Of a stretch of 64,000 bases of DNA, positions 18,754-27,504 are shown one piece after another; within the stretch, counting starts at the first letter, position 1; each line of letters opens with the position of its first letter. The notes under the pieces were generated by a model, which saw nothing but the letters and a program-made list of their open reading frames with translations, had not been told where the DNA came from and did no database searches. Position numbers and translations under genes: made by a program. This DNA is from a virus, in the IMG/VR virus record IMGVR_UViG_3300005732_000005, positions 32,001 through 96,000 of that record; one strand, 5' to 3'.

Positions 18754-19317
18754 TCACACCTCCTTTAAACTAATTCTTGGGAAAGCACAACCTGTCCCAT
18801 AAACATAACCTGTGCCGTCAAGCATTCTACGGTAACCATAACTACCCAACTCAACATTGTGTCTGTTGGTTAAATCAATCTCGTTATCGTTATTCCACTC
18901 AGTTACATAATGCCCTTGTTTAGAATAAAATTCTCTTGCATCATCAGCGACATTTTCAATAATATCGTCACAGTTTCCAAAAGTAATGCCACCAACAACA
19001 ATCAACTCTAGTTTCATAAACATCAGGTAGTGTGTATTACTGGTGAAACGTTCATGACGGTAGCAAGGTGTCACTGCCATATATTTACCGTTTGGAAGTT
19101 TACCTTCTTTGTGTAACTGAATGAAACTCTGTTCGGCACTGGCAATATACACTTTATGATCATCACCAACCTTACCGTGATACAGTTCAGGAACACCCTT
19201 TGGTTTGGTGTGCTCACTCACATCCATATCTACTACAAGAGGAACATCTATTGGAACATAACCTTTGCTTGAGTAAAACCGTAGTGCTTCCATAAGTATA
19301 CTTGTTGAAATGTTCAT
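18754..19317 (-). CDS. stand-alone class II aminoacyl-tRNA synthetase catalytic-core protein
   Basis: Motif 1 (F...GY.P.D.P), SAEQ, motif 2 PCYRHE...FMKLEL, ELGS, motif 3 GTGCAFPR; no anticodon-binding domain. Confidence 0.75.
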   Translation of the reverse strand: MNISTSILMEALRFYSSKGYVPIDVPLVVDMDVSEHTKPKGVPELYHGKVGDDHKVYIASAEQSFIQLHKEGKLPNGKYMAVTPCYRHERFTSNTHYLMFMKLELIVVGGITFGNCDDIIENVADDAREFYSKQGHYVTEWNNDNEIDLTNRHNVELGSYGYRRMLDGTGYVYGTGCAFPRISLKEV

Positions 19318-19568
19318 TATCTTCTCCCGTTATCAAAAGCTCTTTCTGTAATATCTTTCATCTTAATAAGATCCGTAAGTGTGAGATTGTAACTATCTTT
19401 CACGTAATGGTCAATAGCTCCAAGTAAGTCACTTAACTCAACAAGTTCCATTACAACACAATCTTGGGCAACACTATCTTGCCACTCAGTAAACTCTTCT
19501 ATAATCTTACTTCTCTCACCAAGAACACCTTTCTCGATATCTTTCAAATGGTAACCTACCTTCTCCAT
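19317..19568 (-). CDS. MazG/HisE-like all-alpha NTP pyrophosphatase
   Basis: KIIEEFTE...VELSDLL (EExxE...ExxD); start at 19568 behind GGAGGAG. Confidence 0.65.
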   Translation of the reverse strand: MEKVGYHLKDIEKGVLGERSKIIEEFTEWQDSVAQDCVVMELVELSDLLGAIDHYVKDSYNLTLTDLIKMKDITERAFDNGRR

Positions 19569-19599
19569 AATCTCCTCCATTGCCCATATAAGGCTTTTC

Positions 19600-19608
19600 T
19601 GTTATAAT
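19600..19608 (+). promoter_or_regulatory. late-type extended -10 promoter TGTTATAAT
   Basis: Same motif precedes most plus-strand structural units (23220, 27468, 29069, 34235, 44971, 50306, 62492). Confidence 0.65.
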
Positions 19609-19704
19609 AACCTATGTTACATCTCCAACCAAGGAATGTATTCTGGAAGTGAGTGTAGCAAACCAAAACACGATAAGCAACAACTATTTTAAGGTTATTT
19701 AAAA

Positions 19705-20013
19705 ATGACAGAATTAGGAACAATGCTTGCAATACATTGGTGGAAGGCTGTCATTGCGTTCGCTATGGGTATTCTAGGTTTTAAGTTCCAGAATGACTAC
19801 AAGGAAAAGTCAGACAGGATACGTAATCTAGAGACAAACCAGAACGAAATGAAAGAGCAGTTAGCTGTCAACAAGAGTGAGCACGATACACTTAAGTCTA
19901 ACTTTGAAAAGTTTCTTGAAAGGCACGATAGATTGTCAGAAGACATTTCTAGCATAAAAACAGATACCGCAGTTATTAAGAATGATATTCAACACATCAA
20001 AGAGGATAAATAA
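19705..20013 (+). CDS. holin/antiholin-like membrane protein (N-terminal TM plus coiled coil)
   Basis: One N-terminal TM then heptad repeats; first gene of the late unit. Confidence 0.55.
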   Translation: MTELGTMLAIHWWKAVIAFAMGILGFKFQNDYKEKSDRIRNLETNQNEMKEQLAVNKSEHDTLKSNFEKFLERHDRLSEDISSIKTDTAVIKNDIQHIKEDK

Positions 20014-20014
20014 T

Positions 20015-20077
20015 ATGATTAATTCAATCACAACTAAAGATGCACCAGATTTACCAGATCCTAAAAAAGAAAAGTAA
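20015..20077 (+). CDS. 20-aa peptide MINSITTKDAPDLPDPKKEK (missed by ORF track)
   Basis: AGAGGA SD 8 nt upstream; fills the gap between two genes. Confidence 0.5.
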   Translation: MINSITTKDAPDLPDPKKEK

Positions 20078-20083
20078 CCTTTT

Positions 20084-20536
20084 ATGGAAACTTACTATGC
20101 TGTAATATTCTTTATTGCGGCAATATTCCAAGAACACGTAGAAGGTTTTTCTGTAGCAAGTTTCTGTACGGCAATAACCCTGTATAATGAAGCCATAGTT
20201 GATTATCTTTCTTCTCTGGGTCTTCCGTTCTTTCTCGCTCCTATACTAATCAGTGTAGGAATGGTTGTTGTGTCAGTAAGTTTTATAGGACAACGTTTTT
20301 CTAAAATACTTCTAGGGGTTTCGTTAGTTTCCATCGTAGTAAACATCTTCTTCTGGGTACACTACAATCCAGAAGGAGCTTATCTTTACCAAATAATACA
20401 ACCATACTACAAATATATCAATATTATTCTCCTAGAGATTCTTGTTTATAGTTGCCTAGCTCATTCAAGACTAGTTCCTCTTGGGAAAGAATATTTCATG
20501 AAAGCGAGGAGTTGGTATGCTGCCCGTAATAATTAA
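20084..20536 (+). CDS. multi-pass membrane protein
   Basis: 4-5 hydrophobic segments. Confidence 0.7.
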   Translation: METYYAVIFFIAAIFQEHVEGFSVASFCTAITLYNEAIVDYLSSLGLPFFLAPILISVGMVVVSVSFIGQRFSKILLGVSLVSIVVNIFFWVHYNPEGAYLYQIIQPYYKYINIILLEILVYSCLAHSRLVPLGKEYFMKARSWYAARNN

Positions 20537-20984
20537 AGGCTTGATTACAGGTGGATGGACTTTCTTCACAAAATGGAAAGAAGGTAAGCACAAGGAAGCT
20601 TTAGAAGAACTATCTATCAAGAAAGAAGAGAGATCTGCTCAAAATAAGATACGTTTAGAGAATGCCCGTTCTGGGAATAATAATACTTCTGAACGAATTA
20701 AACAAATGGCAAACAGTTTTAAAGATGAATTCACTATGGTAGTTATCTTTGCTCCGTTTGTCACATCAATCATATCCCCTTACCTAGACTTATATTTTGC
20801 CTTAAAAGATTCTTCTTACCAGCAAGGTATGTTGGCAGATGCTTCTCTGCAAGCTGTACAGTCTCTCAACGAGTTCCCTTTGTGGTATGTAATCTTGGTG
20901 ATTCTAATGGTGCTATGGTCGTGGGGAGCTTCTAAGGAAGTAATAAACAGGTTTTTAGATATGATCCCTAAGTGGAGGAAATAA
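20517..20984 (+). CDS. putative holin
   Basis: NSFKDEF-TM...FPLWY-TM pattern of a widespread phage holin family. Confidence 0.6.
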   Translation: MLPVIIKGLITGGWTFFTKWKEGKHKEALEELSIKKEERSAQNKIRLENARSGNNNTSERIKQMANSFKDEFTMVVIFAPFVTSIISPYLDLYFALKDSSYQQGMLADASLQAVQSLNEFPLWYVILVILMVLWSWGASKEVINRFLDMIPKWRK

Positions 20985-21166
20985 TGGCTGTTAAGTTAGT
21001 CAATGCAGAAGTTATTATGCAAAGTAAGGCATCTGCTCAATCAGAAAAGAAAGATAAGGATTTGCAAGAAGCTGCTTTATCAGATGAGTTTCGTCTAGAG
21101 AACATTGGTGATTCTGGAGAGTTTTATTCTCAAGCGGGTGACCCTTTAATGCAATCGGGCAATTAA
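20984..21166 (+). CDS. hypothetical protein
   Basis: TAATG-coupled, GGAGG SD. Confidence 0.6.
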   Translation: MAVKLVNAEVIMQSKASAQSEKKDKDLQEAALSDEFRLENIGDSGEFYSQAGDPLMQSGN

Positions 21167-21196
21167 TAGAATTAATAATAACAATAGGAAATTTAG

Positions 21197-23164
21197 ATGA
21201 GAGATTTACAAGTAACTCGTCCTACTCAAGTAGATGCTGATGCAGCTTTCCCTGTGTCTGGTAAGGCGAGAAACATTGTCACAAGTGGTGATAATACAGG
21301 TACTCCTTGGATAGAGGATGTAATCAATGACCGTAGCTTTGGCTGGCAAGAGAATGTTCTGAAAAGAGCAGGTATTGTTCCAAACGGTAACCCTGAAGAT
21401 GCGGATGACAGTCAGATCGCAGAAGCTGTTGAGCGTGTGAGTGCTGTTAAAGCACAAGGTAAGAATCTTGCTGGCAGTAGTCGTTATGGATGTACATTAA
21501 CCTCTGAAGAGGATTGGGTTGTTGATAACTCAGGTTCATATTGGAAGTGGGGCGGTAGTTTTCCTAAGAATGTTGCTGCAGGAGAGATTCCTAGTGTTGG
21601 GAATGGGTTTATTGTAGTGGTGTTTGGCGGTGCAGATTTAGTTGTAGATTCAGAAGGAAGTAACGTACAAGACTACATAAATAAAAACTTAACTCCGTTC
21701 AAAAACGTTGCTGAAATGGTAGCTTATGACTATACAGAAATTCCAGCGGATTCAAAGATAGAGTGGCAAGGTTACTACGCACAGTCGGACGGTGGAGGTA
21801 ACAGAGGTGTACTGAAGAAAGGTGATAGTACATCATTAGCAGATGATGGTGGTTCGATATTCATCATTGTTAACGACACCGTTAACGGTGTCTGGATTGA
21901 ATCTAGCCACCTAAAAAGTGAGATAGCAATAGAAAAGTTTGGTGGCAAACCTGACGATGTGCTTGTAGATAATGCAGAAGTTGCAAATAGAATCTACACA
22001 TACGCAACAACAAAACTAGCCAGAAATGGCATAAAAATAACACTGGGAAATGGTAGGTATAATGCTCAAACATCTGTTAACCAACTATCTTACTGCGAGA
22101 TGGAGGGGTTAGGTCAAACCGTTTCTCAGTGGTACGTGCTAAACAAGGTTGATGCGTTTGTAAGACCAGCAGACTGCCGTAATGCCAAGTGTACAAAAAT
22201 GTCTATAACATCTGTTTTTGTTGAGTCGGATGGAACAACAAATGAGCACGATGCTATAAAATACGATTTGACAGGTGGTGCTGAGGGCTGTTTTGACAGT
22301 AACTTATCAATAAATGAATTTAGGTATGGCATAAGATGCGGAAATATCTGGTGGAATAACTCTGTTCATGAAGTTAGGATAAACAGATGCTGGGAGTCAA
22401 TATACAATGATAGTACAGACGGTCTTTCTATAAATAATAGTTTTTATAAAGTATATAGTAACGAACCTTTTAATCGAGGGTGGAGGATAGGCGCTGTTAA
22501 AAATACACTTGCTACTCTGTGTAATTTTGGTGGTCGCACCGACGGTGCTGCATCTAAATACCTGTCTATATTCGGACCAAACGCCACAGGTATAACATTT
22601 GCAGCTTGCAACTTTGAAAATATAGAGATTACTCAAGATTCAGGAGCGATTGAAATCTGGTCTAACAGCAGAGTTAATTTTATTAATGGTTGTACTTTTG
22701 TTGACAATGGTCCGAACACCAGTGGAGGTGCTAATAGGTCTTTTGAAATTAAATCAAGAGATACTGCATTTGTAAACATATCAAACTGTATACAATTACA
22801 ACCTAAAACTGGGCAAGGGTTTTTAACAGCTACAAATTCTTCAATCATCAAAACAACAGATAATGATATTTCTTCTGTAACGAATAACCTCGTATTCAAT
22901 GACGCAGAAGTAATAAAAGGTGACGAAAGGGTCTACAAAGGTAGCTCCACAGGGGTAACAAGCGGTGATTTCATCGACACAGGAAAAGGTTCGGCTGTTT
23001 CACAGTTCTTCCCAAGCCTTGTTGTGGCAGATGGTGCATACCCTACTGTCGCGGTTGCAACTGACGCACGTAATGGTAGCGGCTCTGTTCGAGTCAGGTT
23101 CGTTAACATAGTAGATGGAACTAATAACTTTGGAACACACGACTTAGATTGGTTGGCCTATTAA
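21197..23164 (+). CDS. tailspike / receptor-binding depolymerase (pectin-lyase-like beta helix)
   Basis: YWKWGGSFPK tailspike N-domain, GYY...DGGG domain, FGGKPD...DNA beta-helix cap, Asn-rich beta-helix repeats. Confidence 0.8.
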   Translation: MRDLQVTRPTQVDADAAFPVSGKARNIVTSGDNTGTPWIEDVINDRSFGWQENVLKRAGIVPNGNPEDADDSQIAEAVERVSAVKAQGKNLAGSSRYGCTLTSEEDWVVDNSGSYWKWGGSFPKNVAAGEIPSVGNGFIVVVFGGADLVVDSEGSNVQDYINKNLTPFKNVAEMVAYDYTEIPADSKIEWQGYYAQSDGGGNRGVLKKGDSTSLADDGGSIFIIVNDTVNGVWIESSHLKSEIAIEKFGGKPDDVLVDNAEVANRIYTYATTKLARNGIKITLGNGRYNAQTSVNQLSYCEMEGLGQTVSQWYVLNKVDAFVRPADCRNAKCTKMSITSVFVESDGTTNEHDAIKYDLTGGAEGCFDSNLSINEFRYGIRCGNIWWNNSVHEVRINRCWESIYNDSTDGLSINNSFYKVYSNEPFNRGWRIGAVKNTLATLCNFGGRTDGAASKYLSIFGPNATGITFAACNFENIEITQDSGAIEIWSNSRVNFINGCTFVDNGPNTSGGANRSFEIKSRDTAFVNISNCIQLQPKTGQGFLTATNSSIIKTTDNDISSVTNNLVFNDAEVIKGDERVYKGSSTGVTSGDFIDTGKGSAVSQFFPSLVVADGAYPTVAVATDARNGSGSVRVRFVNIVDGTNNFGTHDLDWLAY

Positions 23165-23168
23165 TAAA

Positions 23169-23200
23169 TAGAAGGTCATCTGAAGAAGATGACCTTCTCT
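23169..23200 (+). terminator. hairpin terminator after the tailspike gene
   Basis: TAGAAGGTCATCT-GAAGA-AGATGACCTTCT inverted repeat. Confidence 0.6.
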
Positions 23201-23282
23201 ACCACACCCCTCCTAAAAATGTTATAATACCTCATAAACTATAATTTTACAATAAGATTATTTATCCACGAGGAAATATATT

Positions 23283-23846
23283 ATGGCGAAAAAGTCCGAT
23301 AAAGAATTAAAGAAAGTTGCAACAAGACATTTCTTCCCCCAAGAGATTGCTCTAACAGGTTGCCCTACTAAAGAACAAAAAGCTCACAATGATATGGTGA
23401 AGAGCTATCTTGCCGATTATAGGAAAGCTACAAATCAAGCTCAAATGGGGGAAGATATCTTTAACTGGATATTAACTGATATTCATACAAGTTTCAACCC
23501 TGCAAATATGGGTAAGGCAGAAGTTATTGAGGTTGAGAATCCTGATTTTGATAATAGCAAGAAACCTTCTAAAGATAATCCTCTGACAATACAAGTTTAT
23601 CGCCACATGTATGATCCTGCAAGATATAAAGAAAATACGGCACGAGAAGTTGCTAAAGAAGCTATCCGTAAACGTGATGATTATATCAAGATGTGCCAAG
23701 AGCATGAGAAGCAGGAACAAATTTTGGCGGCGAGAGAGTTGCGTGAGAGTGAGGGTGTTGTGAGTGAGGGGGATGATGTGGGTGGTGTGAGTACTGGTTC
23801 CCTTATCACAATTGATTTTGAAGAAGATGGGACTACTTTGAATTGA
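23283..23846 (+). CDS. probable terminase small subunit
   Basis: Position upstream of TerL, own TGTTATAAT promoter, helical with acidic tail; no diagnostic motif recognised. Confidence 0.5.
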   Translation: MAKKSDKELKKVATRHFFPQEIALTGCPTKEQKAHNDMVKSYLADYRKATNQAQMGEDIFNWILTDIHTSFNPANMGKAEVIEVENPDFDNSKKPSKDNPLTIQVYRHMYDPARYKENTAREVAKEAIRKRDDYIKMCQEHEKQEQILAARELRESEGVVSEGDDVGGVSTGSLITIDFEEDGTTLN

Positions 23847-23894
23847 TAATTATTCTGTAAAGTGGTATCATTAAATAAGGGCGATATTTTAGGA

Positions 23895-23997
23895 CAGGAG
23901 TAGCTACCTGAAATAAGTATTGAAAAGAGAGTCTGCAGGAACTACCTCACTTGCAGATTCCCCTTTATTTTAATACGAGGTAGATAGTTTGAGGTAA
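23895..23997 (+). promoter_or_regulatory. structured leader (multi-stem plus pseudoknot/anti-SD loop) of the homing endonuclease gene
   Basis: Stems 23917-25/23968-76 and 23929-38/23951-60; loop CTACCTCA complementary to GAGGTAG (23977) and to the SD TGAGGTA (23990). Confidence 0.55.
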
Positions 23998-24007
23998 GAA
24001 TTGTAGT

Positions 24008-25237
24008 ATGAAAAGCACAATATACACATATGAATTTTTAAAGCGACATGAGATTGTTAAAAGTAAGAGAGCAACGGCCGATCACGGTTATTATGGTGAG
24101 GGTATAACACTGATGTTCCCTGTAGATATTCCCGATAAAACCAAAGGTTTATGGGCAACTAAATGCTTGTGCGGTAATTATTTCACCTGCCAACCCAGTG
24201 ATGTATATCATGCTAGGATTAAAAGCTGCGGCTGCCACATTAAAAGACGTAACAGATTAAAATATACTCTAGAAACAGTATTGTGGAGTATAAAACGAAA
24301 TTATACGCTAGGTTCTTTACCTTCAGAATATAAGAGTAGAGATATAAAATTAAAGTGTAATACTTGTGAAGTGGCTACAGATAAAGGTAATTTAACAGAG
24401 CACCTTATAGGCAACAGGCTTTTCTGTAGATGCGGTAAGACCTACAAAAGATCCTTCTCAGAAGTAAAACATGATTGCGAGGAGTACTTAAGAGAAAATC
24501 CCGAATCACCTTGGAGTATAGAGTCTTATCCAGAAGAAGAATTTACTAGTGTAAAAGATGTTAGGATATCTTTGAAGTGTAACATTTGCTCTCACGAAGT
24601 TGATATGTTATTTGGCAATTTTGTAAGGGGAAAGGGTTGTCAAGGTTGTAGCGATATAGCTTTAAAGAAAAGGATTAGCAAAGACTTGTCGTACTTCTTA
24701 GAAAAGTCTTACGAAACTCATGGTGATAGGTACGATTATAGTAAAGTTGTATACACTAAATGTAGAGAACCTGTTGAAATAGTTTGTAAAGAGCATGGTT
24801 CTTTTTGGCAATCTCCTGATAACCATTACAACAAGGGAAAGGGTTGTAGGAAATGTAACGGTAATAGGTATGTAAACTTTAAAAGAGTTTCTGTAGAAGA
24901 TAATAAAGATTTCTTAAAAAGTAAAGATTCGGGTGTATATGTTCTAAAATCTAACCTAGTAGAAGATTTGTATAAAATAGGTATAAGTGTCGTACCAGAA
25001 CGAAGGTGTAAAGATGTATCTTCGGAAAGCAAACTTGACTTCGAAGTTTTCCACTACAAACCTCTGGACATGTATAATGCGTATATATTAGAGAACAATC
25101 TACACACCGCGTATGATAGTCTTAACTGCAGAGATGATTTCGATAACAAGTTCGCAGGTTATACGGAATGTTTTATATTAGAAGAACAAGACCTGACTGA
25201 TGTAGTAAAATTAATAGATAATTATAAAGAAGGATAA
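24008..25237 (+). CDS. free-standing homing endonuclease (Zn ribbons, DUF723-like domain, C-terminal GIY-YIG/T5orf172)
   Basis: Multiple CxC/CxxC; HGDRYDYSKVVY...VEIVCKEHGSFWQSP..H..GKGC; GVYVL...YKIGIS...R...E..LH...GYTECF. Confidence 0.85.
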   Translation: MKSTIYTYEFLKRHEIVKSKRATADHGYYGEGITLMFPVDIPDKTKGLWATKCLCGNYFTCQPSDVYHARIKSCGCHIKRRNRLKYTLETVLWSIKRNYTLGSLPSEYKSRDIKLKCNTCEVATDKGNLTEHLIGNRLFCRCGKTYKRSFSEVKHDCEEYLRENPESPWSIESYPEEEFTSVKDVRISLKCNICSHEVDMLFGNFVRGKGCQGCSDIALKKRISKDLSYFLEKSYETHGDRYDYSKVVYTKCREPVEIVCKEHGSFWQSPDNHYNKGKGCRKCNGNRYVNFKRVSVEDNKDFLKSKDSGVYVLKSNLVEDLYKIGISVVPERRCKDVSSESKLDFEVFHYKPLDMYNAYILENNLHTAYDSLNCRDDFDNKFAGYTECFILEEQDLTDVVKLIDNYKEG

Positions 25238-25240
25238 TTC

Positions 25241-27338
25241 ATGTCAAAAGATAAACAAGAACCTTTCTTTAAACCTGCAAGTAAAAAACAAGCTCTTATG
25301 TTAAAAAGAGCTTCTGATACTCAAATATTGATTATCGGTGGGGCTTAAAAATCCAGTGGTCACACCTTAAACTATCCTGCTAATTCGGTGGAAGCTAAGT
25401 GTTTATACTAACATACGCCAATACCGAGCCGAATGATTAAATTCATGGGTGTAGAGGTCATCTCGTAAGAGAGTAGAGTTCAAGTGGACTCGAAACGTAG
25501 GACTGTATACCAATACAGAAGATATGATCCGACAACACAGGAAACTGTGGAAAGAGTGTAACGACTCTAAAACTGTCTCAGATTAAAGGCTGGTTCTGGG
25601 AAAAGTACGATATTAAATCACCTGCCTCTTATGTTACTAGATGACCCCAAAACAAACTGCATCTTGTATCGTAGGACAAATCCTCAACTGTTAGGTGGTC
25701 TTTGGCCTAATGCTAGAGGAATTTACGAAAAACTTCCAAAAGCTTATGAACCTAAGGCTATAAGAGATCATAAGATGGAAGTAGTATTTAAGAATGGAGC
25801 TAAAATAAAATATCAACAAGCGGAGAACGTGGCTAAATCTAAGAATGATGCTCAAGGTCAGGAGTTCACGTTTGTCGGAATAGATAAAATTTGTCTATTT
25901 GAAAGGTTTTTAGCATAATTATTTTAATGATTATAACCTTTCTGGAAAAATTGTGTGAATTCGGTGGAACTCTTTGTAAGACAATACCGAGCCAAGGTTA
26001 CGGGGTAACTCGTTTCAAGGTGTAACGACTAGAGAATACGAACCTAGAGGGTTTATGAATCTCGTACAGCCAAGTGGTAGCGAAAGCTTTAAATGGAAGC
26101 GCACAAACTCTAGCTAAAAGAGTAAGATATAGTCTCAACTTCTACGGTGACGTAGAGATGCAGGTAATGCTGCTGGTAAAGATTAACGAACTTTATTGAA
26201 GATATTGGAAGGTACACAATTCGAGTGGGAACAAATAGAGTACTTTATGTCACGTCTACGTTCCCCCTCAAAACACTTCTCCCGTATGGTAATCTCATGT
26301 AACCCCGACCCCGACCATTATATTAGGACGATGATCGACTGGTACTTAGACGAATCTGGTTATGCTATACCTGAAAGAGATGGGGTAGTAAGATACTTCG
26401 TACAGGAAGGTGGTGAGTATGTATGGGGTAATTCTAAAAAAGAGTTAGGTGAAAAGTTAAATTTACCTAAAGATCGTTGGGAAGATAAGATCCTCAGCTT
26501 CTCGTTTGTTAGTGGGACGATCTACGATAATCCGATTATGATGGAGATTAACCCGTCATACTTAGCTTTCTTAGAAGGTCTTAACGATGTCGATAAGGCA
26601 CAGTTACTTCACGGATGTTGGGATGCCAGACCTCAAGGTGCTAATTACTGGCAAAGAGAATGGGTAACGGAGATACAATCTAAAGATGTAGACCTAAGTT
26701 CTATGAGAAAGGTAAGAACATACGATTTAGCGGCAACAGAACGTAGTCAGGTAAATAAAAGCCCTGACCCAACAGCTTGTGCTCTTATGTGTAAAGACCG
26801 TAATGGTTATTATTACATTGCAGGTAACTATCATCCAGATTTTTATGATGACTACTATGAGATATATGGTCAATTCTGTAAACGTTCTGGGGATAGGGAT
26901 ATGCATATAATAAAACAAGGTCATCATGACACAGATGATACTGTAATCTTGTTGCCAGTGGATTGTGGCGCTGCAGGTAAGACGGCTTTCACTGCCATGG
27001 CTTCAAACTTTATGCAAGAAGGCTTTACAGTAAAGGCTGACCCTACTCCAAACAACAAGACAAAATTGGTAAAATTTCAGCCATTTGCAACGGCAACAGA
27101 GAACGGGCTTGTATATGTGTTGGTAGATACTTTTGATAAGAAGACTTTAGAGTTTATATACAAACAACTAGAAGCTTTTGATGGAGAAAGGTCTACAGCC
27201 ACAAAACATGATGAATTTCCAGATCTATTGGCGAGCGGGTATAACTATCTCTCAAGAGAACGTGTCATCAAACCCTTCTCCCTTCCAGATTGTTCCTCCT
27301 CCACAAAATACACTTCTTATCGAAACTCGATAAAATAA
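25241..27338 (+). CDS. terL: terminase large subunit, spliced: join(25241..25345,25589..25885,26208..27338), 510 aa
   Basis: Splicing restores Walker A IIGGA|AGSGKS and Walker B FVGID|EGTQF in frame; coupling motif SCNP; RNase H nuclease motifs YDLAAT and HDEFPD. Confidence 0.93.
25346..25588 (+). mobile_element. group I intron 1 (243 nt, ORF-less) in TerL Walker A
   Basis: 5' exon ends in U, intron ends in G; P element AATTCGGTGGAA, Q element AATACCGAGC, P3 TCCTGC/GTAGGA, P7 GGTCAT/ATGATC with AAGATAT; IGS CCAGT pairs with 3' exon GCTGG (P10). Confidence 0.9.
25886..26207 (+). mobile_element. group I intron 2 (322 nt, ORF-less) in TerL Walker B
   Basis: P1 ATAGAT/GTCTAT with U-G at the splice site; P AATTCGGTGGAA, Q AATACCGAGC, R GTAACGACTA, S AAGATATAGTC, P3 TTGTGTG/CGCACAA; terminal G. 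Confidence 0.92.
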
Positions 27339-27504
27339 CCACTTGTGGTAAATCTCTCTTGTGGAAACATTCCCTTTGGAAGAAAGATCTCTTTTTCTTC
27401 CAAATCCCCTCCTCACAACACTTATATCAGGGTAAGGAAACCTTGATTTTACAGGGATGTATATAAGTGTTATAATTACTTATATTAACAAACGGAGAGT
27501 AACT

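Noticed and set aside
23735-23800. GTGAGTGAGGG-type short repeats at the end of the TerS candidate
   Set aside because: Explained by low-complexity E/G/V/S coding sequence; no evidence for a pac site.
25631-25918. 95-aa ORF (and 26196-27338) as independent genes or a terL pseudogene
   Set aside because: They are exons 2 and 3 of terL; the interruptions have complete group I intron hallmarks and splice in frame.
27339-27480. Cluster of inverted repeats between terL and portal
   Set aside because: Adequately explained by a terminator-like hairpin and the late promoter; no further evidence for a distinct RNA.
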